This document shows, piece by piece, positions 54,840 to 64,000 of a DNA stretch of 64,000 nucleotides. The notes under the pieces were generated by a model that was not told the origin of the DNA, made no database searches, and saw only the letters and a program-made list of their open reading frames with translations. Every line of letters begins with the position of its first letter. Position 1 is the stretch's first letter. The DNA comes from a virus. The stretch is from positions 32,001-96,000 of the IMG/VR virus record IMGVR_UViG_3300023184_008416. The stretch is one strand, 5' to 3'. The position numbers were made by a program, and so were the translations under genes.

Positions 54840-55019
54840 ATGTCAGCAAAAACTGAAAAATTGTTAGAGCAAATTAACCGTTATAAAAATACTATCCGTG
54901 AAATGGAAGAACAAGGTGAGGATCCTCACTCTATCAAGATTCAACTTGAAAAAGCATTGAACGAACTCAACGCAGCAAACAAAGTGCTTAGTGAAAGTGT
55001 AACAATCCTGAAAGGATGA
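54840..55019 (+). CDS. Small coiled-coil protein
   Basis: GGAGG RBS before ATG 54840. Confidence 0.6.
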   Translation: MSAKTEKLLEQINRYKNTIREMEEQGEDPHSIKIQLEKALNELNAANKVLSESVTILKG

Positions 55020-55026
55020 TCAAGAC

Positions 55027-55245
55027 ATGAACTCCGCAGACATTTATCAACCCATTGTAGCGACTTCGATGGGAACAGCCCCCATCACTTTAAGGGTGAT
55101 TACAACACCAAATAATATGGAATATGTGGGTGGTGTTCCTTCAACTGCAACCAAGGCTGAAACTTATGTATTATATTCTGCGTTACCAGACGATCTCAAA
55201 GAAAGAGTCAAAGTAGCAGTACAAGCTTTAATCACGGCAGGATGA
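55027..55245 (+). CDS. Hypothetical protein
   Basis: 72 aa; AAGGA RBS. Confidence 0.55.
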   Translation: MNSADIYQPIVATSMGTAPITLRVITTPNNMEYVGGVPSTATKAETYVLYSALPDDLKERVKVAVQALITAG

Positions 55246-55255
55246 TACATAAACC

Positions 55256-56014
55256 ATGTCAGTTTTAATTAAATTAGGTTCTGTTGATCCCACGGTCATT
55301 CAATGGCAACAATTTTTGAAAGGACAATTTCCAGAGTCAGAGATTGTTGCCAGTGGAAATTTTGATGGTGTTACAGACTCTGTTACCAAAAGGTTTCAAC
55401 AATTACATAGATTAACACCTGACGGTGTGGTTGGATCTAAGACCTTGCAGCTCGCTCTTTCGTTGGGTCTATGTGTTACTGATCAACCGACCACTAACGG
55501 TATTTTACCGATCACAGCAGCACAAAGAGAAATTCTTTTTGGTCATTTTAATTATACCCCTGCTCCCGTGGCAAATAATCCTGAGGCCATCAAGATTGAT
55601 CAATCTTGGATTAATTCCAATATTACAAGTGTCACTATTGATGAATTAGCAAACATTTCTGGTGCACCTAAAAATTGTACAATACCATTTAATCATGCTG
55701 CAGCGAGTCAATTAAAGTCTTTATTTGGTGCGTGGTCATCGGCAGGTCTGTTGGACAGAATATTGACTTGGGACGGTTCATGGGCTCCTCGGTTCATACG
55801 TGGATCCCGAACTACGTTGTCAAATCATGCGTGGGGAACAGCCTTTGACATTAATGCTCGGTGGAATCCGTTAGGTACAGTTCCACCAGCAATCGGTGAT
55901 AAAGGTTGCACGAGAGAACTCGTGTCAATAGCAGAAGATAATGGTTTCTTTTGGGGTGGAAATTTTTCAAAAAGACCAGACGGTATGCACTTTGAGTGTG
56001 CGATGTTGAAGTAA
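55256..56014 (+). CDS. Endolysin: peptidoglycan-binding domain + M15-family Zn peptidase
   Basis: KRFQQLHRLTPDGVVGSKT; SNHAWGTAFDIN; WGGNF..DGMHFE. Confidence 0.88.
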   Translation: MSVLIKLGSVDPTVIQWQQFLKGQFPESEIVASGNFDGVTDSVTKRFQQLHRLTPDGVVGSKTLQLALSLGLCVTDQPTTNGILPITAAQREILFGHFNYTPAPVANNPEAIKIDQSWINSNITSVTIDELANISGAPKNCTIPFNHAAASQLKSLFGAWSSAGLLDRILTWDGSWAPRFIRGSRTTLSNHAWGTAFDINARWNPLGTVPPAIGDKGCTRELVSIAEDNGFFWGGNFSKRPDGMHFECAMLK

Positions 56015-56059
56015 TTGATTAGATGATTCAATCAAGAATTGTGTACCATACATATTGGT

Positions 56060-57238
56060 ATGCCCTCTTTTGCAAGTACAATCAATCCGACACCCTTTGG
56101 TTTTTTTGATCCAGATACCAGCTTTCAAACAGAAGCTGACAGTATGGTCACGTTTGTCAAACGAAAGATGGGTGATGACATATTGTCTGTTGAATTAACC
56201 AATCGTCAAATTTGGGCATGTTTTGAAGAAGCTTGCTGTGAATATAGTCATCAAATTCATCAAGTAAAGATTAAATCTGAATTAATGAACATGCTCGGCG
56301 TACCAACTGGTTCTACCGACCTAACCAATAAACTTCCAAAACAATCACTTGAATATTTGATGCGTCAGGCTGAACCCTATGCTTCATATGCAAATGTCAT
56401 GGGATCCTATGATCCCATTTTAGGGTACATTGATCTAAAGGCCGGCGTTCAGGATTATAATTTATACGACAGTTTAAAGAATGTTGTTAGCGGAACATTG
56501 GTCTATGGAAATGGCCCAGGAGGCGTGGGTAATAGTAAACTTAGATTGATAGAAATATTTCAGCTTGAGCCCTTAGCCGCTCAACAATTTCTTCTTAATG
56601 CGTCAAACGTTACCAATTTTTTAGCAACAAACTTCAATTACGAGTCTTATGTTAATTCAACCGTCTTTTACGTTCTCCCCGTCTTTGAAGACGTTTTACG
56701 CAGAGGAATGTTAGAGACTGCGTTTCGTGTCCGTAGATCACACTACAGTTATGATGTGATAGGTCGTCAATTAAGGATTTATCCGATCCCTGCGACCGAA
56801 TTTCAATTAGGCAAACTTTTTATAAAAGTTGCCCCTCCCCAGAACCCTCTCGACCCTAGCTACGAAGATAGTTCTATCTATGGTATTTCTGGCCCACAGA
56901 ACATGCCATTAAATAATATTCCTTACGTTTCAATCACCCAGCCAGGAAGACAGTGGATTAGACAATATACTTTAGCCCTGGCCAGAGAATTGTTAGGTCT
57001 TGTTAGATCAAAATTTCAGAACATACCCATTCCAAATGCTGATCTTCAACTTAACGGATCTGATTTGGTTTCTCAAGGTCGGGAAGATAAAGAAAAATTG
57101 ATTACCCAACTTAGAGAATTCTTAGATAATTTAACCAATGCAAAATTGTTAGAAACAGCAGCAACTGCTGCGGATAACATGATAAAGCAATTACGTTACG
57201 TTCCGGTCCCCAACGGCAGAGCAATTATCATAGGTTAG
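56060..57238 (+). CDS. Neck protein (T4 gp13-like)
   Basis: RKMGDDILSVELT; WIRQYTLALARELLGLVRSKF..LQLNG. Confidence 0.75.
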   Translation: MPSFASTINPTPFGFFDPDTSFQTEADSMVTFVKRKMGDDILSVELTNRQIWACFEEACCEYSHQIHQVKIKSELMNMLGVPTGSTDLTNKLPKQSLEYLMRQAEPYASYANVMGSYDPILGYIDLKAGVQDYNLYDSLKNVVSGTLVYGNGPGGVGNSKLRLIEIFQLEPLAAQQFLLNASNVTNFLATNFNYESYVNSTVFYVLPVFEDVLRRGMLETAFRVRRSHYSYDVIGRQLRIYPIPATEFQLGKLFIKVAPPQNPLDPSYEDSSIYGISGPQNMPLNNIPYVSITQPGRQWIRQYTLALARELLGLVRSKFQNIPIPNADLQLNGSDLVSQGREDKEKLITQLREFLDNLTNAKLLETAATAADNMIKQLRYVPVPNGRAIIIG

Positions 57239-57292
57239 AGTTTAATTTCATAAATGATAGTTGTTTGGCCTACTTAATCTAGAGGTCGAACA

Positions 57293-57955
57293 ATGTCACG
57301 ACTTTTTATTACACCACGAGAACTTAACTTTATTTCTGACATCTCTAAAGAAGTGATTAAAGATGTCATTGGTCAAAAAATCTATTATTTTCCAATTTCC
57401 GAAATTAAGACACAAACGCATCTTGTCTATAATGAGGCGATGCAAAAAATATTCGATAATCCCATAGAAATTGAGGGATTAATCGCAGGTCCAACTGCTG
57501 AGGTCAAAGTCAATTCCTTTGGTATAGACAAAACTTTTACAGTAGAGGTTTATCTCCAATGGCGTGACCTTGTTGATAAAGGAATCAACGTTAGTATGGG
57601 AGACTACTTTTCTTTTGGTGACGTGTTTTATGAAATATCAGAATTTTTTTACTCACGTCTTATTTACGGTATGCCAGAACATGTTGATGGAATGAAAATA
57701 ACGGGTGTCAAAGTACGTGAGAGTCAATTTAAAGCCAAATATTTTGGTCCAACTGACGTTTCTTACACTGAAGACGATGCTGTTCAAAAAACCTTCGTTC
57801 AACAACGAGGTGCAGAAGAAAACAGATTGGGCAAAACTAACGACGTTAGAGATTTACAGAAGAACGGCGTTTTGGAATCACCCTTGACGGGCCCTAAAGA
57901 GGTTTCAGAAAAAGTTGCTGATCCCGCTGGTCCTGGATTTTACGGTGAGGACTGA
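57293..57955 (+). CDS. Neck/head-closure protein (T4 gp14-like)
   Basis: IGQKIYYF..VYNEA..FGID..GDYF; follows the gp13-like gene. Confidence 0.7.
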   Translation: MSRLFITPRELNFISDISKEVIKDVIGQKIYYFPISEIKTQTHLVYNEAMQKIFDNPIEIEGLIAGPTAEVKVNSFGIDKTFTVEVYLQWRDLVDKGINVSMGDYFSFGDVFYEISEFFYSRLIYGMPEHVDGMKITGVKVRESQFKAKYFGPTDVSYTEDDAVQKTFVQQRGAEENRLGKTNDVRDLQKNGVLESPLTGPKEVSEKVADPAGPGFYGED

Positions 57956-57960
57956 ACATT

Positions 57961-59217
57961 ATGACAACTAGATTTTCTCCAATTCCCGATGGAACGTTGG
58001 AAAATGGTTACAGCAATCAGAACGTTTCTGACATCACAATCCCACCTTGTGGTTTGGAGGACGTAGACGTTGCTCTTTTTGACTTGTTTGATAAGGAACT
58101 TAGATTGTATGCAATGGGAAATGAATCAATCAAAGAGGCCAATCAAAAAAGGATACCAGTCATTTTTGCAGCCGGTGAAAAGTGGGCCATGCTCAAAAAG
58201 GGTCGTCCATTACGCGACAAATCAGAGGCATTGATACTTCCGCTCATTACCGTGATGAGGACGGGCATTGAACAAAATTCAGCCTCTGACATTGTGGGCA
58301 GAGGTATAAACCAACAAACAGGTGTTTTGTCGATTAGAAGAAAACTTGATTCTTCTGACAGGGAATACCAAAACCTAATTAACAAATTATACATTGTCAA
58401 TCAGAAAAATGTTGCTGTTAATCCAGGAGATCCACACCTATTAAATCAATTATTGTCTGACAGAAAAGTCGGAGAATTACGAGATGATCCTGACGTATTA
58501 AACAGCGCGTTGATGGCACCCAATCGTTTGAACAATGTTTATGAAACACTGACACTACCAGCACCCCAATTTTTCTCCGCAAAATATGAAGTTACTTTCT
58601 GGACGCAATACACTCAACAAATGAACGCTTTGACCGAAGTTTTCATGAGTTCTTTTCTTCCTCAAGGTCGTTGTTTTAAGTTGATCACAAACAAGGGATA
58701 TTGGTTTGTTGCTTACATAGAAGAATCATTTCAACAAGAAAACAATTTTGATGACATGTCGCGCCAAGAAAGGGTGATTAAACAAAAATTTTCAATCAAT
58801 GTTCCGGCGTATGTTTTGGCCTCCGGAGCCCCTGGTGTTCCAATACCGATTAGAAGATACGTTTCATCACCCGTTATAACATTTTCAACCAATATAGATG
58901 ATAATGTTTCTATGCCCTCCAACAATGATGGCATTGATTATCCTTATTTAGGTGCTGATGATCCCACTTTACCAAGTCAATTAAAGGGTAAACCGACTCG
59001 ACTTGACATGAGAGACACCGGCATAGGACCTTTGGGAACACAAACCGGTGCACATCAGGATCCTGCACTGGCTTCGTATCGCAGAGGTGAGCCAAATGCA
59101 ACATATGTAAGAGTTGGAACAAATCTTGTGAAGGGAATTCCTGTGTCCAATTCTAATGGAGAAATTGTTTATCGAGGGTATGATTTTATAAATTTAGAGA
59201 CGATTATTGAGGAATAA
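57961..59217 (+). CDS. Tail terminator/sheath stabiliser (T4 gp15-like)
   Basis: IPVIFAAGEKW..ILPLITVMRTG..YEVTFWTQY; lies before the sheath gene. Confidence 0.68.
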   Translation: MTTRFSPIPDGTLENGYSNQNVSDITIPPCGLEDVDVALFDLFDKELRLYAMGNESIKEANQKRIPVIFAAGEKWAMLKKGRPLRDKSEALILPLITVMRTGIEQNSASDIVGRGINQQTGVLSIRRKLDSSDREYQNLINKLYIVNQKNVAVNPGDPHLLNQLLSDRKVGELRDDPDVLNSALMAPNRLNNVYETLTLPAPQFFSAKYEVTFWTQYTQQMNALTEVFMSSFLPQGRCFKLITNKGYWFVAYIEESFQQENNFDDMSRQERVIKQKFSINVPAYVLASGAPGVPIPIRRYVSSPVITFSTNIDDNVSMPSNNDGIDYPYLGADDPTLPSQLKGKPTRLDMRDTGIGPLGTQTGAHQDPALASYRRGEPNATYVRVGTNLVKGIPVSNSNGEIVYRGYDFINLETIIEE

Positions 59218-59281
59218 CAAGACTTTCAATCACGACAGCAATACTTAACATCAATCGTTAAAAACGTCTCAGGAGAACACG

Positions 59282-62200
59282 ATGGCCGAGCAGACATTTA
59301 GATCCCCCAATTTTTTTGACCGTGAAGTTGATCTGTCAGCCCCCAATCCCGCTTTACCGTCTGGTATTCCAGCGGGTGTGATTGGTACAGCAAATCAGGG
59401 CCCAGCATTTGTGCCGATCACATTTCCAAATTTTTCAGAATTTACGTCTGTATTTGGCAGTTTTGATCCTAAAAAACCTGCAATTTATGCTGCCAATCAA
59501 TTTCTTAATAATAGAAATGCATTGACATTTTTGAGAGTTCTCGGAGCAGGTGCAAATTCTTCTTCTTACGATATCAATTACACAAACGCAACGGGTAGGG
59601 TTGTTAATGCCGGTATGGTGGTTGAAAAAAATGGTATCAATGGTGGAGTTTCATTTTTAGTCAGTCAAGAAAGAGCCACTAATGATGAAACCTATGGCAT
59701 GCCTCTAATCTCTGAAAATGACAGTATACCGTCTTCTTTAGCTGCCGTTGGTGGTTACCAATTTGTTAGGGCAATGTTGATGTTACCGACAACGTCTAGA
59801 GTTATGATTTTTGGTGATGTTACCCTAGTAAATTCATACTTTAACGATTTGAATGATCTACATGATGGTGGTTTCGGAGTTAATGCTGAAACATCTTATT
59901 TTAAATTGGTGATTTCTTCTTCTTTGGGAAGTTCTTTCTCAAATGATGATGGGCTACCTGGGATTAGAGTTTACAGTGCATCTCTTGATCCTTCAAGTAA
60001 TAATTACGTAGGAAAAATTTTAAATAGTGACACAAATCAGTTTAATTCTTCACAACATGTGTTATACGCACATTTTCCCTTAGACACTCAGGTGTCTTTG
60101 GCACAATCTGCGTCAATCCTTACAGGATCTTCAACAGCAAATTCTATCAACACGACAGCGGGAAATGTTTCATTCCAAAAATTATTCGGAATGCAGGACA
60201 CAAGATACACAACGGCACGAACACCAGCCTTCATTTCTCAACCAATGGGAAATCTTGAAAATGATTTATTCTATTTTGAATCATTAAGTGATGGAGCAGG
60301 TGTCAACAGTCTTTACAAGATTTCAATTGCTAACATCAAGATGTCTGTTGATGAAACCAGTCCGTATGGTAGCTTCTCTGTACAGGTTAGAGACTGGAAT
60401 GATAATGACGTCAGTCCAAATGTTTTGGAACAATTCAATAATTGTGATCTAAATCCATTTTCACCTAACTTTATTGCTAGAGTTATTGGTGATCGTAAAA
60501 TAACCTACAATTTTGATGCAGACATTCCTTCGGAAAAGAGAGTGATAACATCAGGTCTATACAACAATCAATCTAAATTTATTAGGGTTGTTGTTTCTGA
60601 ACAAGTCACAAAGGCCGAAGTTCCTAAATCCTCATTACCTTTTGGCTTTCGAGGTCCAAGACTTCTAAAGACAACCGATGGGTTAATTGCATCAGGTTCA
60701 GTCGCAGGTCGTTTAGTGACGCAAGATGCCGCATTAAACTGGTCCCCTGTATTACCACCAATTCCTTATAGATTTAAGGTTACTCGTGGACCGGTAGCAA
60801 CAGTAGGATTTAAAGGTAACCCCGGTAAAACAGAGGCAGTTAACTCCGCATTTTATTGGGGTGTAAAGTTTGAAAGAAACACAACGCCTTTGGATTCAAA
60901 CATTAGTACCGAAAAGAATCAGTTAATTGAAAATCTAACTAAATTCTATGGTGTTGAAAAGATGGATGCATTATTAACTGGATCTTCTTCAGATTTGGTT
61001 AATAATAATAAATTTACCCTTGCTCGGGTTGCCTTGCCAAACAAGTCTTTAACCGACATTACCTCGTCCGTATCAAAACACCTCTTAGGTGCCGCATACA
61101 TTAGAAATGGTGTTGTTGATGCCAACGATTATAGAATTTATGACGCTGATTTTGAGTCAGGTGCTTCACGCGTTACCTTCGCTTCTTTGTTAAATGCCCA
61201 GGACGCAAGTTACGCAGGTTCATCAACACCAATTATTGCTGCTGCTAATTTTAACAGATTCGCAGGGTTCATGAAATACACAACTTTCATGTATGGTGGA
61301 TTTGATGGTATGAACATTCTGGACCAAAATTCATCTCTTTTAAATGATAAATTTACCTCATTTGATTCGAGTGGTGGAGCCCAGGTTGGTTATGTACCAA
61401 CGGGATTTGCGAAGAATCAAAACGGTGTAGAGGTAAATAATAGCGCAGTTGCTTCCTATCTTACTGCCCTTGACATCATGACAGATCCTTATTCTGTCAA
61501 CAATAATTTGTTAGCAATTCCCGGGATCAAAGAACCATATATCACCGATTACGCAGGAATTAAGACTCGTGATTACGGATTGTCAATGTATGTAATGGAC
61601 ATCCCCAGCTACGATGATTTAGGTGCTCGTATCTATGATGACAGCACTTCAAAACCAAACATTGAAGCGACCGCATCAACATTTGAATCTCGTCAAGTTG
61701 ATAACAATTATGTTGCAACGTATTATCCTGAAATTTTTATCGATGATTCTGTAAATCGTCGCAGGGTAAAAGTACCTGCATCAGTCGCAGCTCTTAGCTC
61801 TCTTGGATTTAATGACAGGGTTGCTTATCCCTGGTTTGCACCTGCAGGTTTCAATCGTGCAGCCCTGGACTTTGTGACCAACGTAGCAGTGCGTTTGAAT
61901 GTATCTGACAGAGATCGTTTGTACGATGCACGTATTAATCCAATTGCAACATTCCCCCGACAAGGATTTGTGATTTATGGTCAAAAGACCTTACAATTTA
62001 ACAAATCTGCTCTTGACAGAGTCAATGTTCGTAGATTGATGCTAGAGATCAAGAGAATTATCATAGGAATTGCACAAAAAATTGTCTTTGAACAAAACAC
62101 TGCTGACGTGAGAAATCGCTTCGTCGCAGAGTCTGCAATTCAACTGGGACTAATCCAGGCCCAAGCAGGTGTTGAGGCATATCAAGTTGTCATGAATGAA

Positions 62201-62329
62201 AGTAACAACACACAGGACGACGTTGATAATAACAGGCTTCGTGGCCGAATTGTTGTAGTTCCAACTAGAGCAATTGAGTTCATTGCTATCGACTTCATCG
62301 TCACAAATAGTGGTGTTCAATTCGCATGA
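59282..62329 (+). CDS. Tail sheath protein 1 (gp18-like)
   Basis: SPNFFDREVDLS, GVIGTANQGPAFVP, PWFAPAGFNR, INPIATFP, GQKTLQ, SALDRVNVRRL, AIEFIAIDF. Confidence 0.93.
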   Translation: MAEQTFRSPNFFDREVDLSAPNPALPSGIPAGVIGTANQGPAFVPITFPNFSEFTSVFGSFDPKKPAIYAANQFLNNRNALTFLRVLGAGANSSSYDINYTNATGRVVNAGMVVEKNGINGGVSFLVSQERATNDETYGMPLISENDSIPSSLAAVGGYQFVRAMLMLPTTSRVMIFGDVTLVNSYFNDLNDLHDGGFGVNAETSYFKLVISSSLGSSFSNDDGLPGIRVYSASLDPSSNNYVGKILNSDTNQFNSSQHVLYAHFPLDTQVSLAQSASILTGSSTANSINTTAGNVSFQKLFGMQDTRYTTARTPAFISQPMGNLENDLFYFESLSDGAGVNSLYKISIANIKMSVDETSPYGSFSVQVRDWNDNDVSPNVLEQFNNCDLNPFSPNFIARVIGDRKITYNFDADIPSEKRVITSGLYNNQSKFIRVVVSEQVTKAEVPKSSLPFGFRGPRLLKTTDGLIASGSVAGRLVTQDAALNWSPVLPPIPYRFKVTRGPVATVGFKGNPGKTEAVNSAFYWGVKFERNTTPLDSNISTEKNQLIENLTKFYGVEKMDALLTGSSSDLVNNNKFTLARVALPNKSLTDITSSVSKHLLGAAYIRNGVVDANDYRIYDADFESGASRVTFASLLNAQDASYAGSSTPIIAAANFNRFAGFMKYTTFMYGGFDGMNILDQNSSLLNDKFTSFDSSGGAQVGYVPTGFAKNQNGVEVNNSAVASYLTALDIMTDPYSVNNNLLAIPGIKEPYITDYAGIKTRDYGLSMYVMDIPSYDDLGARIYDDSTSKPNIEATASTFESRQVDNNYVATYYPEIFIDDSVNRRRVKVPASVAALSSLGFNDRVAYPWFAPAGFNRAALDFVTNVAVRLNVSDRDRLYDARINPIATFPRQGFVIYGQKTLQFNKSALDRVNVRRLMLEIKRIIIGIAQKIVFEQNTADVRNRFVAESAIQLGLIQAQAGVEAYQVVMNESNNTQDDVDNNRLRGRIVVVPTRAIEFIAIDFIVTNSGVQFA

Positions 62330-62374
62330 TGCGTTGTGAATAATAATTAGACATGATCATAGGAGCTGAATCAG

Positions 62375-64000
62375 ATGGCAAACGTTAAGTTAGGTAGCGC
62401 TGGAGTCACCGCAAAAGAAATTGACCAACAGGGGCCCGCGCCCACATCACCCCAAGGAACACCTGCCGGAATTATCGGCACTGCGAACGGGGGACCTGCG
62501 TTCGTTCCCTACACAGTTGCAAACTTGCAAGACTTTTATGCAAAATTTGGAACGTCTGATGGCAAAAAATTCGGCCTTTTGGCGGCGTCAGAATGGTTAA
62601 GAAACGCAAGATCATTAACTTACCTCAGAGTGTTAGGTGTCGGTGATGGTTTACAAAGACTCAGTGATGGTCGAGTAAATACATCAGGTTTTGTTGTTGG
62701 TGAACAACTACCAAACGGAGAATGGGGACAAGCTTCCAATAATCCTTATGCTAACGTAGGTGGTCCACTTGGCAGAACATACTTTTTGGGAGCTTTCATG
62801 TCAGCCTCTAACGGAATTGATCCCTTGTTCACCAATGGGATTCAATCATCTGCCCGGGCAATACCTTTTATTCGCGGCGTTTTAATGACACCGTCGGGAG
62901 TTGTGGCAACATTATCATCGTCGGTTGCTATTACGAGTGATTCTGCTTCATCCAATGCTTTAAATCCCAACGGTTCCGAGGTTGGTGACGTTAAATTATT
63001 TACTTCAGCTCCTCCAGGATCTGCAGCGTCTAGCCAATTTATTATGTTGCTAAACGGACACATTGGAACTGTGTCTCATCCAAATGTTTTGACTGCATCT
63101 TTTGACCCAATTGCAGGGGGAGCTTACTTCCCACTAAAATTAAACACCGATCCTTTAAAATTACAAGAAGCTGGCCATTATTTGTATGCTGCATATGATA
63201 TGCCAGGATTCGTAGTTACTGGTTCAGGTTTGCTTTCATCCTCTGTTGTTGCATCACTGGCAACAAATTATAATGAAACAGCTGCATTTTTGTTGTCTGG
63301 GTCAGCAAACTATAACAGCGGTTCTACAACAAAACCAAACTTTGAAAATTTTGAAACCCGTTTTGAGCATGCAAAAACGCCTTGGTTTATTTCACAAAAA
63401 CTAGGCGGAAAGAATTTTAATCTTTTTAGATTCCACTCTCTTGATGCCGGCTTAAACGTTTCTGACAAATACAAGATTTCAATAGAAAATTTAACGACAT
63501 CGACTGACCAAAATAATCTTTACGGAGCATTCGATATTCTCGTGAGACAATGGGATGACACAGATTTTGACAGAAAGATAATTGAAAGATACACGGGAGT
63601 TAGTTTAGATCCCTCATCTGATCGATACATCGCGAAGGTTATTGGCGATGTTAAAGTATATTACGATTTTGACAGGGCTGAAACTGATCAAAAATTAGTT
63701 GTTGAAGGAAATTATTCAAACCTTTCTCGAGTTTTTAGAGTTGAAGTTTCAACCGAGGTTGATCATGCGATCATAGACGCAAGCGCTCTCCCCATGGGCT
63801 TTAGAGGTGTATATCACCTAGTAACCTCTGGATCTGACCCACTTGCACCTGTACCTGCATTCAACATAACCGGTTCAAATTCAGTTGGTTCGTTTACCAA
63901 TTTGATGAAATCAGCAAAACAACCACCCCTTCCTTTTAATCTCTCTGTTTATCGCGGTTCTCCCAACAAGCGTGTTGCAGATCCAGCGGTTTACTGGGGC
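62375..64000 (+). CDS. Tail sheath protein 2 (partial, runs off the right edge)
   Basis: Manual translation from ATG 62375 (AGGAG RBS): MANVKLGSAGVTAKEIDQQG..GIIGTANGGPAFVP..LTYLRVLG..KTPWFISQ..YIAKVIGD, paralogous to sheath 1. Not in the ORF track. Confidence 0.88.
   Translation, partial: MANVKLGSAGVTAKEIDQQGPAPTSPQGTPAGIIGTANGGPAFVPYTVANLQDFYAKFGTSDGKKFGLLAASEWLRNARSLTYLRVLGVGDGLQRLSDGRVNTSGFVVGEQLPNGEWGQASNNPYANVGGPLGRTYFLGAFMSASNGIDPLFTNGIQSSARAIPFIRGVLMTPSGVVATLSSSVAITSDSASSNALNPNGSEVGDVKLFTSAPPGSAASSQFIMLLNGHIGTVSHPNVLTASFDPIAGGAYFPLKLNTDPLKLQEAGHYLYAAYDMPGFVVTGSGLLSSSVVASLATNYNETAAFLLSGSANYNSGSTTKPNFENFETRFEHAKTPWFISQKLGGKNFNLFRFHSLDAGLNVSDKYKISIENLTTSTDQNNLYGAFDILVRQWDDTDFDRKIIERYTGVSLDPSSDRYIAKVIGDVKVYYDFDRAETDQKLVVEGNYSNLSRVFRVEVSTEVDHAIIDASALPMGFRGVYHLVTSGSDPLAPVPAFNITGSNSVGSFTNLMKSAKQPPLPFNLSVYRGSPNKRVADPAVYWG

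Noticed and set aside
1-64000. Stop-codon reassignment (TAG or TGA), as in some large phages
   Set aside because: Conserved genes are full length in the standard code, and TAA, TAG and TGA all end genes at plausible boundaries.

Overview
A 64-kb, densely coded segment of a large T4-like (contractile-tail, probably jumbo) bacteriophage genome in the standard genetic code. From left to right it holds: two glycosyltransferases (minus strand); a coiled-coil gene with a -1-frame membrane-anchor extension; a proteostasis cluster (degenerate GroEL-like protein, three small unknowns, ClpP); a DinG-like helicase, an Hc1 histone-like protein, a stand-alone sigma70 region-4 protein and PIN-PhoH; an AT-rich block of large, probably baseplate/virion proteins (9.4-22.2 kb); a gp4/TnsA-like nuclease, RuvC-like resolvase, primase and a fused Mre11-Rad50 (SbcD-SbcC); the head module (terminase large subunit, intein-containing portal, prohead protease, scaffold, major capsid protein) followed by free-standing endonucleases; fibre/collagen-like proteins; a J-domain protein; an endolysin; neck proteins, a tail terminator and two tandem tail-sheath genes, the second running off the window. 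No CRISPR array, tRNA or rRNA was seen. The most interesting signals are the ATPase-dead chaperonin plus ClpP cluster, the slippery-site isoform switch, the HNH + 3xHTH intein in the portal, a codon-usage scar at the capsid 3' end next to the homing endonucleases, a recurrent ATAnTTA putative late promoter, a shared helical motif in head-associated proteins with nested starts in the scaffold gene, and recurrent [S/T]GS motifs in virion proteins alongside phage glycosyltransferases. All assignments come from motif recognition by eye; no searches were run.
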